DNA of 57,885 nt from an uncultured Lachnospiraceae bacterium (GTDB taxonomy: Bacteria > Bacillota > Clostridia > Oscillospirales > CAG-272), in assembly GCA_964413365.1 (NCBI GenBank), contig CAYPRM010000002.1, positions 14,992 through 72,876 of the forward strand, read 5' to 3'. Made by a program: the position numbers and the translations under genes. The notes under the pieces are model-generated. The model saw nothing but the letters and a program-made list of their open reading frames with translations, was not told the DNA's origin and ran no database searches. Numbering within the stretch: the first letter of the stretch is position 1; each line of letters opens with the position of its first letter. Below, piece after piece: positions 33,758-42,341 of this stretch.

Positions 33758-33844
33758 TCGCTCGCAAAAACACGAAAAATACCGTAATTTTGCGGATTTT
33801 TACAAATATACTATATTTTATTTTATTCTTGGAGGAATATTATC

Positions 33845-34090
33845 ATGGCAGTTAAAATCAGACTTAGAAGAATGGGCGCTAAGAAGGCTCCCTTTTACCG
33901 CGTTGTCGTTGCAGACAGCCGCTATCCCCGTGACGGTCGCTTCATCGAGGAGATAGGCTACTACAACCCCATCACCGAGCCCGCTGAGATCAAGATCGAC
34001 GCTGAGAAGGCTAAGAAGTGGATCGCTAACGGCGCACAGCCCACGGATACCGTAAAGTCCTTGCTTAAAAAGAGCAACATCGTTGACTAA
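33845..34090 (+). CDS. rpsP: 30S ribosomal protein S16
   Basis: [26 protein letters not shown]. Confidence 0.97.
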   Translation: MAVKIRLRRMGAKKAPFYRVVVADSRYPRDGRFIEEIGYYNPITEPAEIKIDAEKAKKWIANGAQPTDTVKSLLKKSNIVD

Positions 34091-34107
34091 CGAGTCAGGA
34101 GCTGACG

Positions 34108-34344
34108 ATGACGGATTTGAAACAGACCTTGACCGATATCGCCAAGGCGATCGTTGACAACCCCGATGAGGTAACGGTCATTATGTCCGAGGACGAGCGT
34201 AGCATCACGCTCTCGCTCAACGTTGCTCCCGAGGATATGGGCATGGTTATCGGTAAAAACGGTAAGATCGCAAAGGCTATCCGTTCCGTGATCAAGGCCG
34301 CTTCGGCTGATTGCGGAAAAAGAGTGAACGTCGAAATAAAATAA
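34108..34344 (+). CDS. khpA: KH-domain RNA-binding protein (YlqC/KhpA family)
   Basis: 78 aa with a VIGKNGKIAKAIRSV GxxG KH motif, directly after rpsP. Confidence 0.85.
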   Translation: MTDLKQTLTDIAKAIVDNPDEVTVIMSEDERSITLSLNVAPEDMGMVIGKNGKIAKAIRSVIKAASADCGKRVNVEIK

Positions 34345-34380
34345 TTCACTAACCGACTAAATGGCTAAAAGGTAAAAAAG

Positions 34381-34409
34381 GCTCGATCCGTCAAGATCGG
34401 GCTTTTTTT
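34381..34409 (+). terminator. Intrinsic terminator after khpA
   Basis: GCTCGATC-cgtcaa-GATCGGGC followed by TTTTTTT. Confidence 0.8.
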
Positions 34410-34449
34410 CGAAGCTCCCCCAAAAAAATTTCTGAGACGTGAGGTGCTT

Positions 34450-35139
34450 ATGGACGAGGCATTACTGACCTTTGATAGCAAGCAGTTAAAATTATATACA
34501 GAGCTTACAGAAATGTGCGAGCGAGGAGAAGCGATAACTGTTCCCACCGCAAATACAGACATTTTTGAAGCCTTACCCTGCCATACCGCGCAGAAATGCC
34601 GTGAGAAAATGAGCGCGGCGCGCGACAAGGCATTAAGATCTGCACGCACACTCCTTGGGCGCAGGATCGACGAGGCGTTCTTCTCGCACAAGTACAGCCG
34701 TGAGGAGATATTGCGCATACGAAAGGAATATTACCGCACCGTGGACGAGCTGTCTTGCCTGCGCTCGACGCTCCGCGAGGTGGTTCTCGACGTATCGAGG
34801 GAGTTTTCGGAGCTTGAGAGCCTCGACGGACACCTGAGCGGTGCGTATTCTGCGTTTTTGCCCTACCGTGCGGCACTCTCGGAATTTTCCGAGTATTCGG
34901 AGACGGTAGCTCTCGAGGACGGACGCTTCCACTCCACATTCTCCCATCTTGAGGAGTGGAGGGCGGAGCTATCCGAGCTTCTCGCCCTTGCCGAGACGGT
35001 GGATCACAATATCGTCGGTGAATTTCTCACCAGCTCTGCATCCGCCGCAGGATCGCCCTCATTTGAGAGCTTTTCCGAGGGAAGATTTTTCGCATCTGTG
35101 CGCGCGCTGATCGCTCGGCTCGAGGCAGTCGAAATATAA
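34450..35139 (+). CDS. Hypothetical protein (predicted helical, no recognisable motif)
   Basis: 229-aa ORF with coding-like composition. ATG at 34450 after GAGGTG. No family recognised by eye. Confidence 0.5.
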   Translation: MDEALLTFDSKQLKLYTELTEMCERGEAITVPTANTDIFEALPCHTAQKCREKMSAARDKALRSARTLLGRRIDEAFFSHKYSREEILRIRKEYYRTVDELSCLRSTLREVVLDVSREFSELESLDGHLSGAYSAFLPYRAALSEFSEYSETVALEDGRFHSTFSHLEEWRAELSELLALAETVDHNIVGEFLTSSASAAGSPSFESFSEGRFFASVRALIARLEAVEI

Positions 35140-35154
35140 AAGAATAATAAATGC

Positions 35155-35185
35155 AAAAGCCGACGTGCGTGCACGTCGGCTTTTT
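35155..35185. terminator. Bidirectional intrinsic terminator (hypothetical gene / rpsU)
   Basis: AAAAGCCGACGTGC-gt-GCACGTCGGCTTTT palindrome with flanking A and T runs. Confidence 0.85.
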
Positions 35186-35196
35186 ATTATCAAATT

Positions 35197-35373
35197 TTAT
35201 TTGAATTTGCGCTTTCTTGCAGCCTCTGACTTCTTCTTGCGCTTAACACTGGGTTTCTCATAGTGCTCTCTCTTACGAAGTTCAGTGAGGATACCGGAAC
35301 GAGCGCACTGGCGCTTGAAGCGACGAAGGGCACTATCCAAGGACTCGCCTTCCTTAACTCTTACTTCTGCCAT
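35197..35373 (-). CDS. rpsU: 30S ribosomal protein S21
   Basis: [42 protein letters not shown]. Start at the ATG at 35373 after GAGGGGAGGG. Confidence 0.95.
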   Translation of the reverse strand: MAEVRVKEGESLDSALRRFKRQCARSGILTELRKREHYEKPSVKRKKKSEAARKRKFK

Positions 35374-35425
35374 TTTCTGTTTCCCTCCCCTCAAGGTTCG
35401 AATATATCGAACAATATCTTCTGTT

Positions 35426-35454
35426 ATTTTACACTAAAAACGCTCATTTGTCAA
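35426..35454 (-). promoter_or_regulatory. SigA-type promoter for rpsU
   Basis: Minus strand reads TTGACA, a 17-nt spacer, then TAAAAT. The leader contains the palindrome GTTCGATATATTCGAAC. Confidence 0.6.
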
Positions 35455-35466
35455 GAGGTTTTTCAA

Positions 35467-37869
35467 TTATTTTACGACTATATTTACAATTTTATTGGGA
35501 ACAGAGATCTCCTTGACCACAGTCTTGCCCTCTATCGCCGCAATAACGCGCTCATCAGCCCTTGCGATAGCGATAGCCTGCTCCTTTTCGCAGTTGAGAG
35601 GCAGTTGTACCGTTGCGCGGAGCTTGCCGTTGACCTGAACTGCGACCTCGATCGTGGAGTCCACGGTCTTGCTCTCGTCGTACTCGGGCCATGCCGAGAG
35701 CGAGCAAAGTCCCTCTCCGCCGCACGCCTCCCAGATCTCCTCGCAGAGGTGGGGCGCAAACGGGCAAAGGATCGCCGCAAAGGTCTTAAGTTCATCAACG
35801 GTGAGCGTGCCGCAGTCGCTGATCTCATTGAGCAGGGACATCATCGCCGCGATCGCCGTGTTGAACTTCATATCCTCGATATCGAGCGTTACCTTCTTGA
35901 CGGTCTTATGGAACGAGCTCTCGAGCTTCGGTGTTACACCGTGTCCCTTAGCGATATCGGTAAGCTCTGCCACACGGTCAAGAAATCTCTTGCAGCCCTT
36001 TACGCTGCTGTCACTCCACGGAGCGGCACTTGCGTAATCGCCCATAAAGAGTATATAAACTCTGAGAACATCCGCACCGTATGCGTCAACGACATCATTG
36101 GGATCGACGACATTACCCTTGGATTTGGACATCTTGTCGCCGTCAGGACCGAGTATAAGTCCCTGCGCCGTTCTCTTTGCGTAAGGCTCCTCACAGGGCA
36201 CAACGCCTATATCGTAAAGGAACTTGTGCCAGAATCTCGAGTAGATGAGGTGGCGTGTAACGTGCTCCATACCGCCGTTGTACCAATCGACAGGAAGCCA
36301 ATATTTGAGCTTTTCGGGATCAGCAAGGCAGGAGTCATTGAGAGGATCTATATAACGCAGGAAGTACCAGCTCGAGCCTGCCCACTGCGGCATGGTATCG
36401 GTCTCACGCTTCGCATCGCCGCCGCACCTCGGGCACTTGCAGCTTACAAAGCTGTCTATCTTCGCAAGGGGGCTTTCGCCGCCCTCACCGGGCATAAAGT
36501 TATTTACCTTCGGAAGCCTCAAGGGAAGCTCGTCATAGGGCACGGGAACCATTCCGCACCTCGGACAATGCACGATCGGAATAGGCTCACCCCAATATCT
36601 CTGGCGGTTGAATGCCCAATCCTTCATCTTGTACTGCACGCCTGCCTCGCCGATACCCTTCTCGGAAAGGAACGCAAGCATTCTCTCTATTGCGTCCTTC
36701 TTGTTAGTAAGTCCATCAAGAAGCTCGGAATTGATATATCTGCCGTCGCCTGCGTAAGCCTCCTTGGAGATATCTCCGCCCTCGATGACCTGAACTATAT
36801 CTATGCCGAATTTCTTCGCAAATTCCCAGTCACGGCTATCGTGCGCAGGAACAGCCATAATAGCACCCGTTCCGTATCCCATCATAACGTAATCCGCTGC
36901 GTAGATCGGGATCTCCTTGCCGTTTACGGGATTTATCGCGGTAATTCCCTCGAGCCTGATGCCCGTCTTGTCCTTGACGAGCTGAGTCCTCTCAAACTCG
37001 GTCTTCTTCGCACACTCGTCCTTGTATGCATCGAGTGCGGCGATGTTGGTTATAGAATCCCTGTTACGCTCGATGAGCGGATGCTCGGGGGCGATGACCA
37101 TAAAGGTTACGCCGTAGAGCGTGTCGGGGCGGGTGGTGTAGATGCGGAGCTTCTCGTCCGCACCGCGGAGGCTGAAGTTGACAAAGGCACCCGTGCTCTT
37201 GCCTATCCAGTTGACCTGCTGCATCTTGATGTTCGCAGGGTAATCTACGTCCGCAAGTCCCTCAAGGAGCTTGTCGGCGTACTGCGTTATGCGGAGGTAC
37301 CAGACGTCCTTCGACTTCTGCACGATATCGGAATGGCAGATGTCGCACTTGCCGCCCTGACTGTCCTCGTTCGAGAGAACGACGCGACAGGAGGGACAGT
37401 AGTTTACGAGCGTGGTGTCGCGGAACGCAAGACCGTTCTCGAACATCTTAAGGAAGATCCACTGCGTCCACTTATAATATTTTTCCTCGGTCGTGTCGAC
37501 TACTCTGCTCCAATCAAAGGAGAAGCCGACGCGGCGGAGCTGACCTGTAAATTTCTCTATGTTCTTGTCCGTTGCGGCTCTGGGGTGTATGCCCGTCTTT
37601 ATTGCGTAGTTCTCCGTGGGGAGACCGAAGGCGTCAAAGCCTATCGGGAAGAGGACGTTGTAGCCCTGCATCCTGCGTTTTCTCGAAATGACCTCAAGTC
37701 CCGAGTACGCCTTGATATGTCCGACGTGCATTCCGGCGCCCGAGGGGTACGGGAACTCCACGAGTCCGTAAAATTTGGGCTTATCCGAGTGGTCCTGTGC
37801 GCAAAATGCCCTCTCGCTGTCCCATCTCGACTGCCATTTTTCTTCAATTCGCTTAAAATCGTTCTTCAT
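35467..37869 (-). CDS. leuS: Leucine--tRNA ligase
   Basis: 800 aa, class I HIGH motif (PSGAGMHVGH) and KMSKS motif, CP1 editing domain. Confidence 0.97.
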   Translation of the reverse strand: MKNDFKRIEEKWQSRWDSERAFCAQDHSDKPKFYGLVEFPYPSGAGMHVGHIKAYSGLEVISRKRRMQGYNVLFPIGFDAFGLPTENYAIKTGIHPRAATDKNIEKFTGQLRRVGFSFDWSRVVDTTEEKYYKWTQWIFLKMFENGLAFRDTTLVNYCPSCRVVLSNEDSQGGKCDICHSDIVQKSKDVWYLRITQYADKLLEGLADVDYPANIKMQQVNWIGKSTGAFVNFSLRGADEKLRIYTTRPDTLYGVTFMVIAPEHPLIERNRDSITNIAALDAYKDECAKKTEFERTQLVKDKTGIRLEGITAINPVNGKEIPIYAADYVMMGYGTGAIMAVPAHDSRDWEFAKKFGIDIVQVIEGGDISKEAYAGDGRYINSELLDGLTNKKDAIERMLAFLSEKGIGEAGVQYKMKDWAFNRQRYWGEPIPIVHCPRCGMVPVPYDELPLRLPKVNNFMPGEGGESPLAKIDSFVSCKCPRCGGDAKRETDTMPQWAGSSWYFLRYIDPLNDSCLADPEKLKYWLPVDWYNGGMEHVTRHLIYSRFWHKFLYDIGVVPCEEPYAKRTAQGLILGPDGDKMSKSKGNVVDPNDVVDAYGADVLRVYILFMGDYASAAPWSDSSVKGCKRFLDRVAELTDIAKGHGVTPKLESSFHKTVKKVTLDIEDMKFNTAIAAMMSLLNEISDCGTLTVDELKTFAAILCPFAPHLCEEIWEACGGEGLCSLSAWPEYDESKTVDSTIEVAVQVNGKLRATVQLPLNCEKEQAIAIARADERVIAAIEGKTVVKEISVPNKIVNIVVK

Positions 37870-37882
37870 TTTTCTATCCCTC

Positions 37883-38308
37883 TTATTCCTCTGTCTGTGC
37901 TATCGGTGCGTGGTCGTAAAGCTTTTCGAGATTGTAAAACTCCCTCGCCTCTCTGTTGAATATGTGCACGATCACACTGCTGTAATCGAGCACCACCCAC
38001 GAGCCGTTGTCCCTGCCGTCCATATGGTAGGTGTGCACGCCGCGACGCTCAAGCTGGTATTCGACCTCGCCAGCGAGTGCCTTGACGTGCGTATTGCTCG
38101 TCGCCGTGCAGACGACGAAATAATCCGCGATACCCGTAAGGTCGTCGGTATAAAGAAGTTTTATATTCATTCCCTTCTTGTTGTCGAGGATCTCCTCAAT
38201 AGCCCTTGCGAGCGCCATTGGCTCCGCACCGACAAGGGACTCCACTTCCTTTTCGTTTTCATTGATCATACTGATATTATCCATAATACTGATCTTCTCC
38301 TGTTCCAT
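37883..38308 (-). CDS. rsfS: Ribosome silencing factor RsfS
   Basis: DYFVVCTATSNTHVKALA...WVVLDYSSVIVHIF motifs. GGAGG lies 6 nt before the ATG at 38308. Confidence 0.9.
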   Translation of the reverse strand: MEQEKISIMDNISMINENEKEVESLVGAEPMALARAIEEILDNKKGMNIKLLYTDDLTGIADYFVVCTATSNTHVKALAGEVEYQLERRGVHTYHMDGRDNGSWVVLDYSSVIVHIFNREAREFYNLEKLYDHAPIAQTEE

Positions 38309-38324
38309 ATCAAGCCTCCGACGT

Positions 38325-38585
38325 TCACGTGCCCGCCGCAAGGCCGTATATAAATATATCATAAAGCCTTTTTGGGCTTTTGTCAACAAATTTATTTTTA
38401 TTTTCGCATTGAATGTCGACGCCGCTTTCGCTCCGCGCCTCCGCATCACTCTGAGCATCCCCGTCAGCTCCACCGCTCATTCCGAAAAATGCCACGCATA
38501 AAAGTGCAAGCATCGTCGCAAGAGCGATACCGACGGTAAATATATTCAGCGTTTCTCCGCTATTTTCTCTGTCCCTGTTTTCCAT
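38325..38585 (-). CDS. Possible small membrane protein (weakly supported)
   Basis: 86-aa ORF with one TM segment (IFTVGIALATMLALLCVAFFG) and a GAGAGG RBS. Its 3' third coincides with a good promoter for rsfS, so the coding status is uncertain. Confidence 0.35.
   Translation of the reverse strand: MENRDRENSGETLNIFTVGIALATMLALLCVAFFGMSGGADGDAQSDAEARSESGVDIQCENKNKFVDKSPKRLYDIFIYGLAAGT
38358..38386 (-). promoter_or_regulatory. SigA-type promoter for rsfS-leuS
   Basis: Minus strand reads TTGACA, a 17-nt spacer, then TATGAT. The spacer contains the hairpin AAAGCC-caaaaa-GGCTTT. Confidence 0.5.
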
Positions 38586-38629
38586 ATACGCCTCTCATTT
38601 TTTTGATATGTAATGAGAGTTGTGCCGCC

Positions 38630-39265
38630 TTATATGTGGGAGATAAGGTAATTGCGTGCTCCGAACGTGTCCGCATTTATGAGTTTTCCGCCGTCAAGAA
38701 GTCCGCGGATGGTCATATCGTAGGAGAGAATAAGCGTTCTGTCGAGGTGCGCCATTCTTTCCTGCTCGCTCGCCGACGAAAGGTCGATGTCGGGCGAGAA
38801 GAAATAATTTCTCAGCTCAACGCAGTCGGAGAAGGTGCGCGACATATCTATGTAGTCCGCAAGATATATTATCTTCTCGTACACCGTCATGTTTTCCCTG
38901 CCCGTGGTGTGATATCTGACCGCAGATATGAGGTCGGGAATATCAAGCTCGGGATATCTCTCGGGTATGACGAGTGCCGCCGTGCGCGCGTGGAGCGTCT
39001 TTGGGGAGAGGCGGTCGGCATCGGTAACCTCAATGCCGTGGGCGCGCAGTATCTCAAAATGCTCCTCCACGGTAAGCTCCTTTGTGATATCGTGCAGCAG
39101 CGCCGCCGCACGCAGCATATCCACGTCCTCGGGAGCGTATATCTCACCAAGACGTGTCGCCATTTTTTCAACCTCAAGCGTGTGCTTGTAACGCTTTTCG
39201 CTCATTCTCTCACCTGCGGCGAGTCTTAGGTCAAAAAGCATATCCTCCGTAATTTTATTATTCAT
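38630..39265 (-). CDS. yqeK: HD-domain bis(5'-nucleosyl)-tetraphosphatase YqeK
   Basis: KRYKHTLEVEKMA...AALLHDITK HD motif, located after nadD as in Bacillus. Confidence 0.88.
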   Translation of the reverse strand: MNNKITEDMLFDLRLAAGERMSEKRYKHTLEVEKMATRLGEIYAPEDVDMLRAAALLHDITKELTVEEHFEILRAHGIEVTDADRLSPKTLHARTAALVIPERYPELDIPDLISAVRYHTTGRENMTVYEKIIYLADYIDMSRTFSDCVELRNYFFSPDIDLSSASEQERMAHLDRTLILSYDMTIRGLLDGGKLINADTFGARNYLISHI

Positions 39266-39343
39266 AAAAGCGTATCTCCGTATGCGTTTTATTTCAGATA
39301 TCGGACGTTCAAAAATATAACAAAGCTTGAATTTTTTTATATC

Positions 39344-39967
39344 TCAAAGGTAAAGCCCGTTCTCCGCAATATAGCGTGCGACTCTATCGGGTACGAGCGT
39401 GGAGATATCCTCGCCATTCCTTACCTTATTGCGTATCTGCGTTGAGGAAAGCTCTATCTCGTTGGTCATTATCCTGCGGCAGATCCTGCCGTAGTCCTTG
39501 AGATAGCGTGTGTTCTGCTCGACCATTCTGTTCTCAAGGAGCTTGTCGCCCTCCCTGCGAACGTATGTGGGGTAACAGAGCTTAAAGACCTCCTCGGGCT
39601 CTGCCCACGTGTCGAGCTTGAGCGCCATATCCGTGCCCATGAGTAAAAACAGCCTGCGGTCGGGACGGGAAAGCTCGCGCAGAACGTCGATCTCGCGGAA
39701 GCCCTCGCCCTTTTCTATGAGCATCTCGCTTACCACTACGCCGTCCTCACCCTCAAAGGCGAGTGCGCACATCTTCAGCCTGTGCTCGTCCTCGTCCCCC
39801 TTGCCGCGACGCTTATCCTGCGGCAAATACGTGGGGATGACGAATAGATAGTGCAGCTCCATTTGGTCCATAAATGCCCTCGCGGCATTCACGTGTCCGT
39901 TGTGTATGGGTGCAAAGCTCCCGATATATATTCCTATTCTCGTAATATCTTCCATTGTTCGTTCCAT
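39344..39967 (-). CDS. nadD: Nicotinate-nucleotide adenylyltransferase NadD
   Basis: IGIYIGSFAPIHNGH (a variant of GGxFxPxHxGH) and a C-terminal SSTQIR motif. Confidence 0.88.
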   Translation of the reverse strand: MERTMEDITRIGIYIGSFAPIHNGHVNAARAFMDQMELHYLFVIPTYLPQDKRRGKGDEDEHRLKMCALAFEGEDGVVVSEMLIEKGEGFREIDVLRELSRPDRRLFLLMGTDMALKLDTWAEPEEVFKLCYPTYVRREGDKLLENRMVEQNTRYLKDYGRICRRIMTNEIELSSTQIRNKVRNGEDISTLVPDRVARYIAENGLYL

Positions 39968-39998
39968 CCCTTCTGTATTTTTGATAGTGAGTGAGCGA

Positions 39999-40286
39999 TC
40001 ACAGCTCTATTCTCTTTTTCGTCTTGCTCTCACGGTAGAGCACCACCTTGCGTCCGACGACTCCGACGACCTCGGCGTGCGTTTCTCTGGCAAGCGTCTC
40101 TGCGGTCTCCCTCGCGTCCGTCTCACAGCTCTCGAGCACGGTAAGCTTTATAAGCTCGCGCGCCTCGAGTGCATCGGATACCGTTATCACGAGGTTTTCC
40201 GAAATCCCCCCCTTGCCGATCTGCATTATCGGCTGCATCTGCGATGCCATCGAGCGGAGGGTAGCTCTCTGCTTTGAATTTATCAT
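39999..40286 (-). CDS. yhbY: Ribosome assembly RNA-binding protein YhbY (CRM domain)
   Basis: KQRATLRSMASQMQPIMQIGKGGISENL...ELIKL. Confidence 0.9.
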   Translation of the reverse strand: MINSKQRATLRSMASQMQPIMQIGKGGISENLVITVSDALEARELIKLTVLESCETDARETAETLARETHAEVVGVVGRKVVLYRESKTKKRIEL

Positions 40287-40310
40287 AATCTTATTCTCCG
40301 TATTTTGATA

Positions 40311-40796
40311 TTAGTTCCATTTGCCGAAGCCCTGCGCTCCAAGCTCCTCGCATATTCTCTCGTTGTGCGGTGAGAGGATCCTTATGCATTTATTGTAGTC
40401 AAGAAAGATGTTAAGGATGAGATCCTCCGATACGCTCACCTTCCTGACCTCACTCTTCTTGATCTCGAGGCGGACAGGTCTGTTGTTTTCGAGCGAGATG
40501 ACGAACATCGCCTCCCCCGTAGTGAGCACAAAGCAACGTCTCAGCTCGTTCCCGACCACGATATTAACTCTCTCGTCGAGAAGAAAGGGGCCCTTTATTC
40601 CCTTGCGAAGTGCGAGCAGTCGCCTGTCGGAGAGGTACTGCAGGAGCGGTATCACGGTGGCAATAATGAGCACCGAGAACGCCGAGCATATCACAGCCAT
40701 CGGAAGCTCCGCTCCAAGGGCTGTTGATATCGCAAAGGCGATGATGCCGTTGAGCGTGCTCAGAATATAGAGCGAGCGTGTGTAATACCTACTCAT
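40311..40796 (-). CDS. Hypothetical membrane protein (two N-terminal TM helices plus a soluble domain)
   Basis: 161 aa, two hydrophobic helices followed by a ~90-aa domain. 4-nt overlap with the rdgB stop suggests translational coupling. Confidence 0.6.
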   Translation of the reverse strand: MSRYYTRSLYILSTLNGIIAFAISTALGAELPMAVICSAFSVLIIATVIPLLQYLSDRRLLALRKGIKGPFLLDERVNIVVGNELRRCFVLTTGEAMFVISLENNRPVRLEIKKSEVRKVSVSEDLILNIFLDYNKCIRILSPHNERICEELGAQGFGKWN

Positions 40797-41413
40797 ATCA
40801 AGCCCTCCTCCGTGAGCCTGCGTGCAAGCTCCGCCGCCGCACGCGCCCTGTGGCTGACGCTGTTCTTCTCGTCCGCACCAAGCTCGGCAAAGGTCTTGCC
40901 GTACTCGGGCAGGTAGAACAGCGGATCATAGCCAAAGCCGCCCGTGCCGCGCTCGGAGTCAACTATCACTCCCTCACATTCACCGCGCACGACAAAGCTG
41001 CGCTCGCCGCCGTCGGTGGGTATGACGCAGGCTATCGTGCAAACGAATGTCGCATCGCGCTCCGCCACTCCCTGCATCTCGGAGAGCAGCCTCTCATTGT
41101 TTTTCTTGTCGTTTCCGTGCTCTCCCACATATCTTGCGGAGAGTATCCCCGGCGCGCCTCCGAGTGCTCTTACTACAAGTCCCGAATCGTCGCCGATGCC
41201 GATATATCCGCTACGCGCGGCGGCTCTTGCCTTGATGAGGGCATTTTCCTCGAAGCTATCGCCGTCCTCGACGATATCGTTGGCTATCCCCACCTCACGA
41301 AGCGTCAGTATCTCAAGCTCCCCCTCCCCGTCACCGAGGTGCTGGGGCTTTTTCAATATTTCAGAGAGCTCATCTATCTTGTGTCTGTTTTCAGTTGCGA
41401 ATACTATCCTCAT
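40793..41413 (-). CDS. rdgB: Non-canonical purine NTP pyrophosphatase (RdgB/HAM1 family)
   Basis: MRIVFATENRHKIDE...FGYDPLF...SHRARA motifs. Confidence 0.92.
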   Translation of the reverse strand: MRIVFATENRHKIDELSEILKKPQHLGDGEGELEILTLREVGIANDIVEDGDSFEENALIKARAAARSGYIGIGDDSGLVVRALGGAPGILSARYVGEHGNDKKNNERLLSEMQGVAERDATFVCTIACVIPTDGGERSFVVRGECEGVIVDSERGTGGFGYDPLFYLPEYGKTFAELGADEKNSVSHRARAAAELARRLTEEGLI

Positions 41414-41435
41414 ATTTCTGTCATTTCACGATCTA

Positions 41436-42341
41436 TCAGTCAAAAAGTGCGCTGACGAAATCCTCCGCACAGAACGGCTGCATATCGTCGATCCTCTCGC
41501 CCACGCCGATGAATTTTACGGGAATGTCGAGCTCCTGCTTTATCGAGAGCACGATGCCGCCCTTAGCCGTTCCGTCAAGCTTGTTGAGAACGAGTCCCGT
41601 TATCTCGGCGGCGTGTTTGAATTCCTTAGCCTGAAGCACGGCGTTCTGTCCCGTCGTGGCGTCGAGCACGAGCAGATTTTCACGCGATGCCTCGGGAAGT
41701 TCCCTTGAGATAACGCGATTTATCTTTTCAAGCTCGTTCATCAGGTTCTTCTTGTTGTGAAGCCTGCCCGCCGTATCGACGATGAGTACATCCGCACCCT
41801 TGCTCTTGGTATAGCTTATAGCGTCGTACACGACCGCCGCAGGATCGCTGCCCTCGCTCTGCTTAACGAGCGTAACACCTGCCCTGTCGCACCAGACCGC
41901 AAGCTGATCTATCGCCGCCGCACGGAAGGTGTCCGCCGCCGCAACGACGACGCTCTTGCCGTCCGCACGAAGCTTGCTCGATATTTTTCCTATCGACGTG
42001 GTCTTGCCTGCGCCATTGACACCGATAACGAGAATGACCGACGGCTTCGTGTCAAGCCTCAGCGGCTCTCCCTCACCGATCATATCGCGCAATATCTCCT
42101 CGAGCCTTGTCCGGACGTCCTCGGGCGTCTTGATCCTCTCGTTCTTTATATCCGCTCTGAGTCTTTCGATTATCTCATCGGTCGCCGTCGCACCTACGTC
42201 GGCGCAGATGAGCGTTTCCTCAAGCTCCTCGAGCAGATCCTCATCGACCTTGGTAAACGCCTTGAGCATCTGATCTATGGGAGCAAATAGCGCGTTCTTA
42301 GTTTTTGTCAGCCCTGCCTTGAGCTTATCCAAAAATGCCAT
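41436..42341 (-). CDS. ftsY: Signal recognition particle receptor FtsY
   Basis: GVNGAGKTT and DTAGR motifs, NG domain only (short form). 17-nt overlap with the smc 3' end. Confidence 0.95.
   Translation of the reverse strand: MAFLDKLKAGLTKTKNALFAPIDQMLKAFTKVDEDLLEELEETLICADVGATATDEIIERLRADIKNERIKTPEDVRTRLEEILRDMIGEGEPLRLDTKPSVILVIGVNGAGKTTSIGKISSKLRADGKSVVVAAADTFRAAAIDQLAVWCDRAGVTLVKQSEGSDPAAVVYDAISYTKSKGADVLIVDTAGRLHNKKNLMNELEKINRVISRELPEASRENLLVLDATTGQNAVLQAKEFKHAAEITGLVLNKLDGTAKGGIVLSIKQELDIPVKFIGVGERIDDMQPFCAEDFVSALFD

Noticed and set aside
33758-33844. ffh-rpsP spacer examined for a terminator or leader structure.
   Set aside because: Only a weak 3-bp CCG/CGG pairing was found, with no convincing hairpin or U-run. 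It is most simply an ordinary intercistronic spacer.
35263-37959. 898-aa ORF on the + strand. Similar very long track ORFs are 44350-45951 (+), 32201-33661 (-), 26353-27762 (+), 11902-13215 (+), 10213-11484 (+), 8002-9213 (+) and 2955-4118 (+).
   Set aside because: For the two I checked (35263-37959 vs leuS and 32201-33661 vs ffh), the ORF lies on exactly the same codon triplets as a well-supported gene on the opposite strand. A stop in that antisense frame would require TTA, CTA or TCA codons in the sense gene, and this genome evidently avoids them, so the antisense frame stays open. The other listed ORFs also lie opposite well-supported genes (smc, lgt/folD, PBP, murE, murF, ftsZ). The translations are low-complexity, with no motifs and no RBS.
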